Shown: piece by piece, positions 50,722-64,000 of the stretch
Layout of the letters: every line of letters starts with the position of its first letter
Position numbering within the stretch: position 1 is the stretch's first letter
Assembly (NCBI GenBank): GCA_951406725.2
Contig: OX597823.1
Coordinates: 55,304,001 to 55,368,000, forward strand
Length of the DNA stretch: 64,000 nucleotides
Source: Octopus vulgaris
Taxonomy: Eukaryota
Direction of reading: 5' to 3'
Program-made: the position numbers and the translations under genes
The notes under the pieces: generated by a model
Database searches by the model: none
Seen by the model: the letters and a program-made list of their open reading frames with translations, nothing else
What the model was told of the DNA's origin: nothing

Positions 50722-51160
50722 GCCGCAAACTGGCAGAATCGTAAGCACGTCGGCTAAAATCTTTTTCTACTCTAGGCAGAAGGCCCGAAATTTTTGGGTA
50801 GTGGGTCATTCGATTAGATCGACCCCAGCACGTAAGTGGTACTTAATTTATCGACCCCGAAAGGATGAAAGGCAAAGTCGACCTGGGCAGAATTTGAACT
50901 CAGAACGTAAAGACAGACGAAATACCACTAAGTATTTAGTGCAGCGTGCTAACGTTTCTTCCAGCTCGCCAACTTACGTCGGCTAAAATCTTGAATGGCA
51001 TTTCATCCGTGTTGACATTCTGAGTTCAAATTCCGTTGAGGTTGACTTTGTATTTCAACTTTTAATGGATTGAAGTACCAATCAAGTATTGTGGTTGATG
51101 TAATTGACTTACTCCCTCCTCTCAAAATCTGTTGGTTCTATGCCAGAATATGAAACCGTT
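50722..51160. mobile_element. Minus-strand SINE A nested in a plus-strand SINE A with a 17-bp TSD
   Basis: ACGTCGGCTAAAATCTT at 50747-50763 and 50976-50992 flanks the inverted copy. Confidence 0.85.
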
Positions 51161-51175
51161 ATTATATTATATCAT

Positions 51176-51257
<82 letters not shown>

Positions 51258-51757
51258 TATGCACACACACACACACACGCACATATAAGTTTAATCAATA
51301 GGGAGATTTTAGTAAACATTTTCGTTAAGTAGATCTACTTTTGATGTCTAGCCTCATATTATTTTCATGCTCGAAAAATCACTTGGATTTTATGCTGGAT
51401 ATATCTAATCAAGTAAAATCTTAAAATTTTTCCTTCCATATTAACGGACAGCAGGTGGACATCCGGGAGTCATGACTCGGATGTGGCCCGACCCCACCCC
51501 TAGAGTTAAGGGCTGAAACACTTGTCTAAAGGGGGTTTCTCTTCTGAGGGCCACCTGCTGTTACAAACTATTCAGCAGTGATCAGCGACCTCATCGACTT
51601 TCGTTCTCATCATCATTAGTAATTGCCTAAGCACGTATTTATACCATACGTTAGCCGTTCAATACTAAGATTAGTTAACCTTTACAATATATTCCTATTG
51701 CTAGTTTTAGAAATATAGTAATAGCCTTAACACAAGTGGAAAGAAACTCGGGGAGAG

Positions 51758-52090
51758 TGTAACAGCAGGTGGTCCTCAGAAGAGAACCCCCCTTTAGACA
51801 AGTGTTTCAGCCCTTAACTCTAGGGGGTGGGGTCGGGCCACATCCGAGTCATGACTTCCGGATGTCCACCTGCTGTCCGTTTTAGTACGCCTTAGGTGGG
51901 ATTGGTTTCTCTGGTTTCTAGCACTACTGTGACGTGTACTGCGGCCCTAAGTACCCGTTTCCAGCTGGGTATACTGGCGAGCGCTCGGACGACCCAGGTG
52001 TGAGGGTTCTTTTTTTCCCCACAGTCCCAGCTGGATTCGAACCTGGATCGCCGGTTCCAGAGGCACAGGCTTACACGACTACGCCAACTG
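51758..52090 (-). mobile_element. SINE with tRNA-Gln(CTG)-like head; its 3' ~120 bp is duplicated in inverted orientation at 51444-51565
   Basis: Minus-strand head TGGCGTAGTCGTGTAAGCCTGTGCCTCTGGAACCGGCGATCCAGGTTCGAATCC, with a perfect B-box. The body contains ACCCAGCTGGAAACGGGTAC. Confidence 0.7.
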
Positions 52091-52674
52091 AATACAAATA
52101 TTAGCTAACATCTACAAAATATTCCTAATACTATTTTTTTAAAATAATGTTTCAATTTTAGTCACTTTGGAACCGTGGCCTGTTCACTGACAAAATTCCG
52201 TGCTGTACGGAAATTTGTCAGTGAACAGGTCGCTGTTTCAAAGCGACGAAAATATTTTGACAAATTAAATTTAAATGTTGAAGTGAATCTAACGGTTTTT
52301 TGTCAGATGCAGTATAGAACTTTGTTTCATTTTCAATATTCAGTTTACAGTCCCTTTCTCCGTTTAACTCCGTTTTGTTATTTTGATTCCTTAATACATC
52401 AAATGCTCTATTTTTCTTATAACTGGAGAAAAGAAATCTCTCACTGAATTAGTATAATTCAGTTTGTTAAAAAAAAATTTAACCCATTCAACCCTTAACT
52501 TTAAATTTTGCGACATCCTTTTTCCATCTGGAAGAACAACTAACTTTCCATCGGTTGCTGATTATGACGTTTGTAACAAAACGTTAACTGCTAAATACTA
52601 TAGATTCATTACCTTTATTTCATATAATTTAAACCCTACTCCTTTCCTTCATCTTCCGATTTCACTAGATGATA

Positions 52675-52676
52675 CA

Positions 52677-52721
<45 letters not shown>

Positions 52722-52904
52722 GGTGGTGTGGTGGTGGTGGTGGTGGTGGTGGTGGTGGTGATGATGATGATGGAGCTGATGACAGTGATGATGATAACTA
52801 TGGAGCTGATCATGGTACTGATCATAGTGCTGGTGACGATGGTTTTGATGACGATGATGATAATGATGATGATGATAATGATGATGATGATGATGTGGTG
52901 GTGG

Positions 52905-52956
<52 letters not shown>

Positions 52957-53145
52957 AATGACGATGACGATGAAGATGATGATGATGATGGAGCTGATGA
53001 TGGAGCTGATGATGGTGATGATGGTGATGATGGTAATGGTGCTGATGATGGTGCTGCTGACGATGGTTATGCTGACGATGATAGTGATGGTGATCATGAT
53101 GATGATGATGATGATGATGATGGCGGTGGTGATGTTGGTGGTGAT
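52675..53145. repeat. Compound (GAT)n/(GGT)n low-complexity tract
   Basis: Direct reading. Confidence 0.9.
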
Positions 53146-53701
53146 ATTTATTTATCTATTTATTTATTTATTTATTTATTTTTTTATTCATTCATTCATT
53201 CATTCATTCATTCATTCATTTATCTTCTTCCATGTATTCATTCAGTAATCTATTTCTAACGTAAGTGTTAAATATTAATTTCTTTAATAGTTCAAACACT
53301 TTTACTCATTAACCTATTTCTCGTTAAATATAAATGCTATACAGCGACTATTCTCAGCCAAACGATTCATATTGGGCCCCACCCCTAGCGCCCCATTCAG
53401 AATAACCATGATGATGGCGATGATGCTGATGATGACGAGAAAGAGGAAGAAGTAGACGACGACTATGACAAAGATGGTGATGATGGTGATGATGATGGTG
53501 AGGAAGAGAAGGATGAGGATGAGGATGAGGACGGTGATGAGGAAGATGAGAAGGAAAAGGGGAGAAGAAAGAGGTGGGGAGGAGAAGGAGGAAGCGGATA
53601 GTGATGACCATGGTGGTGGTAGTGGTGGTAGTGGTGGTGGTGGTGGTGGTGGTGATGGTGGTGGTGGTGGTGGTGGTGGTGATGATGATGATGATGATAT
53701 T

Positions 53702-53863
53702 CGCAGGAATGGCTATGTGGTAAGTAGCTTGCTTACCAAGCAGATGGTTTCGGGTTCAGTCTCACTGCGTGGCAGCTTGGGCAAGTGCCTTCTACTTATA
53801 GCCTCAGGCCGACCAAATCCTTGCGAGTAGATTTGGTAGACGGAAACTAAAAGAAGCTCGTCT

Positions 53864-53894
<31 letters not shown>

Positions 53895-54005
53895 TTGTCC
53901 CCCCAACATCGCTTGACAACCGATGCTGGTGTGTTAACGTCCCCGTCACTGAGCGGTTTGGCAGGTGAGACCGATAGATTAAGTACTAGGCTTACAAAGA
54001 ATAAT
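53702..54005 (+). mobile_element. SINE family B
   Basis: CGCAGGAATGGCTATGTGGTAAGTAGCTTGCTTACC...GGGTTCAGTC...CTTGGGCAAGTG...GTACTAGGCTTACAAAGAATAA. Confidence 0.85.
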
Positions 54006-54635
54006 GCTGGCTACGACGACGAAACTGGAAACTAATCATCACGACTTCCAAGAACAGCTCATTCTTTTATTCATTTCCTTATTTATATATTTATTTAGTT
54101 TTCTGTTTGTTTGTCTATCTATCTTCTTCAACCTATTTATCATATTTATTTCTCATATATATTTCTTATATTCCTCTTCTGCAACGCCTTTCCCCCTGTT
54201 TTCCCCTTCTCTGCATTTCACCAATTGGAAATCTACTGAAATTCACCGACTTTGATACATCTGTCACTATATACTCTATTTCATTCCTCTCTCTCTCTCT
54301 CACTCTTCGCCTCTCTGTCTGTCTGACTATCTGTCTATTTGACTCCCTCTTTCCCTCTGTCTCTCTTATTCCCCCTCTCTCTCTCACTCTCTCTTTCACC
54401 CCAGGCAATATTGTTTTCTCTTTCGTTCGATATGATCATCAATCACTCTCTGTCCATCCCTCATACCACAACACTTTTTCATTACACTCATCTTCATTAC
54501 TCGCCTCGTAATTCAACACCTACTAACCAGTGACTGATTACAACGGCAAATGGCCACCACACCTCCTTATCCAAACCCTTTCTTGCCGTATATGAATACA
54601 CACACACACATATATGTATATGTATACATTTGTAC

Positions 54636-54700
<65 letters not shown>

Positions 54701-54918
54701 CACACATCGCTAGCCACTACACATTCCTCATTTTCTCTCTTTGTTTCTTTCTGTGTTCCTTTCTGTGCAAGAACGTAGGCACGAAATGTTAAAGACTTTT
54801 CCACTTCTCGAGTGTTAAATACATCTGTTTGTTGTCTACACCATCTGTCTTCGTCTTTTTTTTTTTGTGAATTCTCGATATATATGTATATACATACATA
54901 CATACATACATATATATA

Positions 54919-54954
<36 letters not shown>

Positions 54955-55149
54955 TGTATATATTTATATGAATAAGGATAAGATCGTTATTTAAAATACC
55001 GATTTTATCAGGTGGCTAGCATGGGAAGAAAAACATCAAAGGTAATAATTATTATTAAAATTATAATTAATGTGGTTTTAGAGTCAAATTTTGGCTGCCA
55101 TATCTAACGTGGTGGTATCTCTTAGATACCCTTAATTATAATTTTAATA

Positions 55150-55184
<35 letters not shown>

Positions 55185-55800
55185 CTAGCAGATAAGCCCG
55201 GTTTCACCCGGTCTGCTTGGATGATGTGGTTGTGATCGTTTTCGGTTAGGCTTAATCTATAACACCTTTTCTGAACCTTATCATTTCGGGTCCCCTGTTT
55301 CGATTGAAACCTCCAGCTGTATGAAAATTTCCTGACTCTCCCTCCACTTGTCAGCTTCAGGGGTTGTGAAAAACGAATTTGTACGTAGTCTGTTTCTGAG
55401 AGCTATTCTATTGGACCTCTGTCTCATCATTAAAACATTGATTTAATTATGAACATAGAAATAAATTATACATTAATCCCAATTTTTGTAAGCAGTTGTA
55501 TCCGTAAAAATTTTATTTGCAGAGAGCAGAAATATAAAGAAGGTATATGAAATGGACGTGTGTGTGTGTGTGTGTTTATGTGTGTATGTGTGTGTGTGTG
55601 TGTGCGTGTGTATATGGGAGAGAAAGAGAGTGAGTAAGAGAGATAGAGTGAGTGAGTGAAGGTGTGTGTCGTGTTGATTGACGTCTTTTAAGGTACCCAC
55701 ACATACATAGAAAATGTGAGGTCATCGTATAATATTTTTACGATAGTTGATTTATGGAAAATTTTATGTTAAATTTTTGAAATGCAAATATGTGAATGAA
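55185..55800 (-). mobile_element. Helitron 3' end on the minus strand (5' extent uncertain)
   Basis: Minus strand ends ACCGGGTGAAACCGGGCTTATCTG-CTAG|T (hairpin plus CTAG) at 55185-55188, inserted into (TA)n. Confidence 0.6.
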
Positions 55801-56293
55801 AATTAAGTTCAGACCTCTACGTGGTAGCTAGACCTGGTAGAAATAGCAGCCAAATCTCCCTCAAAACAACCTACTGTCTTAATCAGACAATTATGCCTAT
55901 TATGTAGTTTGAATGAGAAACTGTATCTAAAGATTAAGATTATTAACCCCACAAAGAGATGAAAGAAGAGAGACAGCATTGGGAAAGTTTTGCCTGACTG
56001 TCATCCTGTATTCCCCTTGTTGCTAGCGAAATGGTATATGTCGGCTTTGTTAGCAACTGGTTGTTTTAATGGCGGAACAAACCGGGGAATTCCATTAGAA
56101 AAATTTTTAATCGATTGTCGCGGTAACTATGGGGATTAAGGAAAAATACAAACCGCATTCCAATCTATGCACTTGTTTCTTCATGTGTGTCATTTTTCAC
56201 GCAGATCCACCCAGCGGTTTGGCTGTGAACCTCAAGACAAGAAAGAATACAACAATCGCCCATGTCCAATTAATATTATAGATATATACATAC

Positions 56294-56382
<89 letters not shown>

Positions 56383-56689
56383 TTCCTTAACTGTTTTAAT
56401 TCTTTCAGTCATTTGATCACAGCCATGCTGGAGCACCACCTCGAAAAGTTTTAGCCGAGCAAGTCGACCCCAGTACTTATCATTTTTAAAACCTAGTACA
56501 TATTCTACCGATCTCATTTTGCCGAACCGGTAGGTTACGGTTGTCAGGTAGTGAGGGAGGGGGGCAATCAAACACAGAGACACATACAAAGATATATACA
56601 TACGTATTTCTCATATATATATATATATATATATATATTGGCGTCTGCCACTGATTTCGAAAAACTGACTGTAAGATATAATATATATA

Positions 56690-57254
56690 TTGGCTTGTCC
56701 GGAAAGTTCGAGCCGATTTATAGTAGCGTACCTTTCGACTTATTTTAGAACATGGTTGAGTCCATAAAATAGGATTTGACTACACCTCCACTTAGAGAAT
56801 AGTTTAAGCTATCTTTTCGTGGAAGAAGGTTTATGTTCCTATAACCTGTGTTAATTCTGTAACCCTTTAAAATGGAAGATAAGAAAGTTCATTTTCAGCA
56901 CTTGATACTTTGGAAACCAGGCAAAAATTGCTGCAGGTCGGCTGGGATGTGTTACCCCACCCTCCATATTTACCAGATATTGCTCCTTCGGATTTACACT
57001 TATTCAGGTCTCTGCAGAATAGTTTTAATGGTAAAAATTTCAATTCCTTGGATGACGTAAAAAGATACCTTGATGAATTCTTTTCCATGAAACCAACTCA
57101 GTTCTGAGAAGAGGTTATTTTCAAGTTAAAGGAAAGACGGAGACGCATTGTGCAACAAAATGGTTCATATTTGATTGATTAAAATTGTAATGGCAAGTAT
57201 TTATTAACCTTTTCCTTCCTTTAAATATCGGCACAAACTTTCCGGACAACCCAA
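56690..57254 (+). mobile_element. Internally deleted mariner transposon
   Basis: TIRs TA|TTGGCTTGTCCGGAAAGTT and AACTTTCCGGACAACCCAA|TA. The N-terminus MEDKKVHFQHLIL is fused by deletion to the C-terminal GWDVLPHPPYLPDIAPSDLHLF (YSPDLAP motif). Confidence 0.9.
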
Positions 57255-57264
57255 TATGTATATA

Positions 57265-57413
57265 TACGACGGGCTTCTTTCAGTTTCTGTCTACCAAACT
57301 GACATGGTTTCATTCGTCCCGAAGCCATAGAAGAATACGCTTGACCAAGTTGGCACGCAGTGGGACTGAACCGGGAACAATGTGTTTGGGAAGCAAGCTT
57401 CTTACCACACAGC

Positions 57414-57415
<2 letters not shown>
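57265..57415 (-). mobile_element. SINE family B 5' part (its 3' part may be 56390-56590, split by the mariner)
   Basis: ACGACGGGCTTCTTTCAGTTTC...GCACGCAGTGGGACTGAACC...CTTACCACACAGCC. Confidence 0.7.
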
Positions 57416-57477
<62 letters not shown>

Positions 57478-57754
57478 CGTGTGTGTGTATGCGTGCGTGT
57501 GTGTGTGTGCGTTTGTTTGTGTGTGTGTGTGTGTCTATATATGCACAGTCCTTTCCCTTGTCTAATGCACTCTGAAGGAATTCTAATTTGAAACAAATAG
57601 AAACAGTCTTGTAAGAATCATTATTTCAATAAACATGCATTCACAAATAAATTCAGGCAGACAGGTAGATAGACAGGAAGGTAGGTAGATAGATAGAGAG
57701 GTTGATTGATAGATAGACAGAGAGTTAAGTTGACAGACAAACGGAGAGATAGAC

Positions 57755-57818
<64 letters not shown>

Positions 57819-57903
57819 GTGTGCGTGTAAAGATAGATGGATGGATGGATGGAGGAATAGATAAACAGACAGACCGACAGAAAACAGACAGACAGTTAGA
57901 TAA

Positions 57904-57940
<37 letters not shown>

Positions 57941-58664
57941 CAGACAGGTTAAATACAATAAAATACACGAATGTAACATCCAAATCAAAATCGAAACAAA
58001 ATAATTACAGCAGCAGCAGTAGAAACACAACCACCACCACCATCGACAACAGCAACGACGACGATGTCGAAGATGCTGTTGATGATGATGATGATGATGA
58101 TGATAAAAAGTTTGCTTTGAGAATACTAATGTGTAAACAGCCAAAGACCAATAGAACAATTATGTTCTACTGGACAAATGAACAAAATAATATATAAATT
58201 ATTTAAAAATAAATAATAAAAACAAATAATGTTCAGAAACGAAAAAATCAACTAAATACAGATCAATAATGAATACATAACGAAATGAATAAATAATGAT
58301 ATTAGATGGTGTTTAGAGAAAGTGAATGAGAGAGAAAGAGAGAGGAAGAGAGGAAGAAAGAATGGGAAATTGAAAGAGAGAAATGAAAGTAGAAGATAAA
58401 AAAAAAATGTATCCTTTGTGAAGTGAGGGAATTACAAGATTTTATGTACAGATCAGTTATGGCATATATTGTTATGTGGGGAACAATATTATGCGTTAAA
58501 AATATATAAAACACTTTTACAATCATGTGAACAAACACCCACACATACTTACATACATACACATGCATGGGTGTATGTATGCATGTATGTATGTATGTAT
58601 GTATGTATGTATGTATGTATGTATGTATGTATGTATGTATGTATGTATTTGTATTTGTATGCAG

Positions 58665-59050
58665 AACAGCAAAGAATGCTGAAGAGTATAGGAGCAGGAA
58701 CATCGCTCTGCTTTACTCTATTATCAATCGGAACTTTATCAGACATTACGTTTATGTATTTGTTTTGCAATGTTCATGATGTGAAATCGGGTGTTGAAGC
58801 AGATATTGTTATATTTGGTGGTGGTCATCTTTTTAGTGATTTTTTTGCCAATTTGTCAGACAATTTTCCCTTAATTACGACTCCAGACTTCCTGTCTTGG
58901 TACAACCGCATAAACATATTGGACAAAACAGTGGTGAGCACTCGACCATGCTAAGGATTGTCCTCAGTGTATCTCTGTATACTTCATACCATGCAGGTCT
59001 GCAACGGGACTGAATAGCAATCAGAGAGGCTTGGATGGAAGGTCAGACAT
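58665..59050 (-). mobile_element. RTE-type LINE reverse transcriptase remnant
   Basis: Minus frames YEVYRDTLRTILSMVECSPLF, MRLYQDRKSGVVIKGKLSD and SDKVPIDNRVKQSDVPAPILFSI match the RT GVKQG..LAP.LF region. Confidence 0.65.
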
Positions 59051-60935
59051 GTCATTAGCAACGACGAAGCGCATACTCGGCAGTTATCTGCGAAAGTGTG
59101 TGTACACACGTGCACGCGCACATATATGCATATTTATAATTTTTCTTTGAGTTTTACTTATGTTTTAAGAGAGTTCAAGCTGGTTGGTAACAAAAGTTAC
59201 AAGACTTTTTCCAGCTAAAAACCATATGATTCTTCGATTAGTGTTTACCATGAGAAGCTAGTCCAGAATATTTTCTTAGAATCGCTATGAAAATTTTTCT
59301 TTCAGTTGTACGACATTCGCCCAAAATTTATCAGCTATTGAATTCTTACATTATCACAGATTTAAAACGTGAAATCTGGAAGCTAATAAACCTACTGAAG
59401 CCATACGTTACCAACAAATAGTCCATAGGAATATTCATGTAAGAATTCGACATGTTCAGCTGCCCTTAGGAAAAACACAGTGTAACAAAATTTTTATTTA
59501 TTTAATTATTTATTGTCTTTGGTCAATAAGTGTTATTTCCTATTTGCTTCTGTCTAGAAATCAAAGGAAATGACCACTATTCCCTTCAAACTTTGTTTTT
59601 GTGATCTGGACATCAATATTTCGAAACTGACCTATTTTCTTTTACATTTCAGACAGATTCGGCAGAGTTGCTGCAGCAGAAATATCATTTTAGCTAATAT
59701 TCTGCTCAGTACCACAGACTTGCGTGTCAGTTGCTTGACCTTAACTATTTGAGCATGTTCCTTAATGGATGACAATATGTGCATCTCTGATTACAAGCAG
59801 GAGTAGCTAGGAAGCATCATAACCATGTGCTGAGAGGGAATTTGGGGGATTTGAATAAATGTAACAAAAGCAAAGTCTGAAGGAAACATTAGCCACCCAA
59901 GGACAAAAATCGTGTTATACAGTGTAATCTAACGTTTCAGGCCCTTGGTTTTCGTCTGAGGTTGCGGAAGAGAGAGAATGTAGTGTTTTTGTTTTGGTTG
60001 CAAGTAAGTATTCGATGAAGAATTAAAGTACAGATGAGACGTGAAATGAGGGTTCGGTTGGGAGATTAAGGATGAAGAGAAGGAAGCTGAAGGGTCAGAG
60101 AGTGAGATAGGTTGAGACGGTCTGGCGTATGGTATGCGAGATGAACGAAGTGGAAGTTAGTGTTGGAGACGGTAGGTTGAAAAAAATCAATGTTCTAAGC
60201 CAAGTTGAAGAGGGAGGTAATGTCCAAGTAGAGTGAGAGAAACGGTATTTAAACGATGAGTAAAGAAATTGAGAAGCACGGAAACACTCTAAGGGCTAAT
60301 TAAAATATCTAAGTGAAGAGCATTCGTATAAAGTTCTTCTTTAAAGAAGAGGAAGTGTTGTGTGTGGAGTACAAGAAAAGACCAGAAGGAAGTGACATAA
60401 ATACTGATTGAAGACGGTGGCGAAGCTAAGAATGAGAAAGCGGGGCGGGAAACAGCCAAGGTTTCAAACAAGATGAAAAGAAGGTGGAGTTCAAGTGAAC
60501 GCAGACATGGTTATGTGCAGATGAGGCTCGCTTCGTAACCACGTGTTTCTCAGTTCGATTCCGATGTACAGCACCCTGGTCGTTTTCTCGTGCTAAGCAA
60601 AACACTGTGACTAAAATTTGGTTGGCAGAAACTTACAAGGAAGCCTACGATTTCATATAATGTCCCTCTATCCAATTTGACTCACAAAGCATGGATTGAT
60701 CTGAAGCTTAAGCTGCCAGGCTGTGGGATCGAATACAGATGCGGACACACACACATACAAACATACATACGTACCCACACACAAACCCACCACACACACA
60801 CAAACACGCCCCACACCCACGCTGTTATACTTGGGAACAGTCATATTAAAGCCTGAAGATACAGCTCCTAGTTCTTCTTCATAACTTATTTTTGGTTTGT
60901 ATATATATATATATACATACATATATATATATATT

Positions 60936-60997
<62 letters not shown>

Positions 60998-61054
60998 CAT
61001 ATATATACATATATATACATACATACATACATATATATATACGTGTATATATAG

Positions 61055-61228
61055 GCACAGGAGTGGCTGTGTAGTAAGTAGCTTGCTTACCATCCACATG
61101 GTTCTGGGTTCAGTCCCACTGCGTGGCACCTTGAGCATATGTCTTCTAGTATAGCCTCGGGCCGACCAAAGTCTTGTGAGTGGATTTGGTAGACGGAAAC
61201 TGAAATAAGCCCGTCGTATATATATACA

Positions 61229-61264
<36 letters not shown>

Positions 61265-61266
61265 TG

Positions 61267-61297
<31 letters not shown>

Positions 61298-61515
61298 GTG
61301 TGTGTATATGCTTGTGTGTCTGTGTTTGTTCCCCCAACACCGCTTGACAACCGATGCTGGTGTGTTTATGTTCCTGTAACTTAGCGGTGCGGCAAAAGAG
61401 ACCGATACACTAAGTACCAGGCTTACAAAGAATAAGTCCTGGAGATCGATTTCCTCGACTAAAGGCTTTGCTCCAGCATGGCCGCAGACAACTGACTGAA
61501 ACAAGTAAAAGAGTA
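61055..61515 (+). mobile_element. Near-complete SINE family B
   Basis: GCACAGGAGTGGCTGTGTAGTAAGTAGC head through ACTGAAACAAGTAAAAGAGTAA tail, with an internal (TATG)n. Confidence 0.85.
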
Positions 61516-61659
61516 ATGAGTATATAATAACTGGAAACAAGACAAGAACCTGTGAGAGTGTTTATAGGCTTTTTGGTTTTAATATAAATCTTTCCAAAGA
61601 GAATAATAAGAGTTTCAACGCGGTTTCAGATCAAAATTCTTGCAGACAAATTCAAAGCT

Positions 61660-61711
<52 letters not shown>

Positions 61712-61941
61712 ATGTGTGTGTGTGTGCGTGTGTGCGTGTGCATGTGTGTGTGTATGTGTGTGTGTGCGTGTGCATGTGTGTGTGTGTGTGCGTGCGTATG
61801 TGTGTGTGTGTGCGTGTGTGCGTGTGCATGTGTGTGTGCGTGTGCGTGTGCGTGTGCATGTGTGTGTGTGTGTGTGTGCGTGTGCGTGTGTGTGTGTGTA
61901 TGTGTGTGTGTGTGCGTGTGCATGTGTGTGTGTGTGCGTGC

Positions 61942-61992
<51 letters not shown>

Positions 61993-61993
61993 C

Positions 61994-62029
<36 letters not shown>

Positions 62030-62051
62030 GCATGTGTGTGTGTGTGCGTGC

Positions 62052-62114
<63 letters not shown>

Positions 62115-62115
62115 C
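61660..62115. repeat. Long interrupted (TG)n microsatellite
   Basis: Direct reading, with recurring GTGCATGT and GCGTGCGTATG variants. Confidence 0.95.
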
Positions 62116-62589
62116 GCGCGTTCGTGTGTATTGTATGTCTCTGTCCAGATATATACATGTATGCATGTGTGTGCTGGCGGGCGGGGTGGTGGTGGCTGCT
62201 GTACGTCGGCAAGGCATATATGAATCGGTGAGAAACGGAAAAAAGCGGTGCCGTTCGCTTGTCCCCCACGTCAGCAGAAGAAATGCATGGAACCAGTGAT
62301 TGGTGAGTTGGAAGCCTGTAATCAACGACGCTGTTCAGGAATTACGATATAAAAGGAAAGTATTTGAAGAAGGGAAAAGACAGCAGTTGGAAAATGAGAG
62401 AATGAAAGAAAGGCAGAGAGAGAGAGATGGGGGGAGAGAAAGAGAGAAAGACCATATATTTGCTGACAATTAGTATAGTCGATGAAATCAATTTAAGTAC
62501 ACGACTGCTGCATACCCTGTTGAGGATTAAAGTCAAATTAGGCCCCCGTTGGGAAGTTGGTATCAGAAGCTAGAAACGAGACTAAATAT

Positions 62590-63225
62590 TGATTTCTAAC
62601 TTAGGCACAAACAAATCATATTGTAAAAGAAGATAATCATTTAAATCGATCCCAATACTTGACTGGTATTTGTTATATCGACCTCAGGGGGATGAAAGGC
62701 AAAGCTGACTGCTCGGGGAGGCGGGGTAAATTTGAACACAGATCGTAAAGGGAAGTAACAAAATAACTAAATGTGATATTTGAAAAAAAAAATAATAATT
62801 TAACTCATATTTCTTCAGGTCTTTCACTCTGTGGCTGATAATGTTAACCAAAATATAGAGAATAAATTCAGAAGATCTCTTGTAGGCTGTAACAGCAGCA
62901 GCAGCAGCAGGATTAGAGAAAGATGAAAAAGATGAGGATGAAACAGAAAAAAACGTTCAGCGAAAGGAGGAGGAGGACAAGAAAGTGTTCGGTACCACTT
63001 AAAAACAAATTGGTTTCAAGTTTTGGCAAAAGACCAGCAATTTTGGGGAAGAAGTAAGTCGATTATATCGATACCAGTGATCAAATGCTATTTAATTTAT
63101 CGACTCCGAAAAAATGATAAGCAAAGTCGACCTCTGGCTGATTTCGAACTCAGGGGGTACTGAGAGACGAAATGTCGCTAAGCAGTTTGTCTAGCGGGCT
63201 AACGATTCTGCCAGCTGGTTGCCCT
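62590..63225 (-). mobile_element. Two decayed SINE family A copies
   Basis: ATCGACC...GGATGAAAGGCAAAG (62640-62710) and GCAAAGTCGACC...CTAACGATTCTGCCAGCT (63120-63217). Confidence 0.65.
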
Positions 63226-63484
63226 TCCCACTTAACGACATATTGTACATCCGCCATCCTCTTCGCTTTGATTTCCAAACGTAAACGCACGCGCGCACAT
63301 GAATATGTATAAACAGCATAGTTGTAAGCGCATGCGTTCAAATACACGGGGGTCATATATACATATAAATACATGTATAAATATCATAGTCACATATAGG
63401 TTTGTAATCACGCTCAGATATATTCCTACCGATGAAAATAAATATTTACTCTGTGAAATATTATACTCTCTCTCCTTCACTCTC

Positions 63485-63526
<42 letters not shown>

Positions 63527-63556
63527 ACACGCACACACACACACAAACATATATAT

Positions 63557-64000
63557 CGAGGGGGTATCAAAGAGTTCCCGGACTGGCTATGTTTAATAAA
63601 AAAAAAAAACTTATTTACCAAATTTTTAACATTATGGTCCTTCGAAATAGTCACAGCAATACACCGGTCACAGCGTTCTTGCCACTTTTGGAAACCAGCC
63701 TGGAAATCGTTTACCTTAAGCTAGTCGAGGACCTTCTGTAATTCGCTCTGAATCTCGACGGAGACCTTTCAGCTACACTTTCATCTTAGGGAAGACATGA
63801 AAGACCGCTGGTGCTAAATCTGGCGAATAGTGCAGATGTGGAAGCGATACTATGCTGTTTTGGGCAAGAAACTCACGAGTTAGGAGAGCGCAGTGACAGG
63901 GTGCACTGTCACCTTAAAGATTTCAATTCTTCGCGCCCCACAGATCCGGTCGCTTTCGTCGAATGTCCTGCTTTAAAGGCTTCACAAGGTTGCAGTAGAA
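63557..64000 (-). mobile_element. Mariner transposon relic running off the window end
   Basis: TIR-like CGAGGGGGTATCAAAGAGTTCCCGGACT after (TA)n. The minus strand encodes LPHLHYSPDLAPAV. Confidence 0.8.

Noticed and set aside
51770-51815. Type II hammerhead from GAAAC-ACTT-GTC ... CTGAGGA on the minus strand
   Set aside because: Stem I and stem II cannot be closed next to the core.
52015-52090. Functional tRNA-Gln gene
   Set aside because: The anticodon and acceptor stems pair poorly and the sequence continues into a SINE body. The same applies to the other tRNA-like heads.
58990-59095. Host exon after the minus-strand acceptor TTTCGCAG
   Set aside because: All frames hit stops within about 35 codons, and the downstream sequence is an RTE RT remnant.

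Overview
This is repeat-dominated, AT-rich animal DNA with no recognisable host protein-coding exon. The microsatellite load and SINE repertoire suggest a cephalopod (Octopus-like) intron or intergenic region (inference). Almost all supplied ORFs are microsatellite translations. The main locus (about 8.7-14.7 kb) is a nested structure. A non-autonomous Helitron-like element contains a decayed gag/ORF1 fragment, and that fragment is split at one GAAATA site by three head-to-tail, ~1.6-1.7 kb ORF1-only (CCHC zinc-knuckle) non-LTR retroelements with no RT. These elements have conserved 5' and 3' RNA hairpins, a perfect splice donor overlapping the stop codon, and a 3' tail shared with the commonest SINE family here. 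The second notable locus (31.8-33.9 kb) is a tandem/inverted array of a 534-bp unit, each copy carrying an intact minimal type I hammerhead ribozyme (Penelope pLTR/retrozyme-like). Several other solitary or degenerate hammerheads occur. The rest is three mariner relics, further Helitrons, R4/Dong-like 3' ends in (TAA)n, RTE/CR1-like fragments, at least four tRNA-derived SINE families and simple repeats. All calls come from manual reading; coordinates of decayed repeats are approximate.
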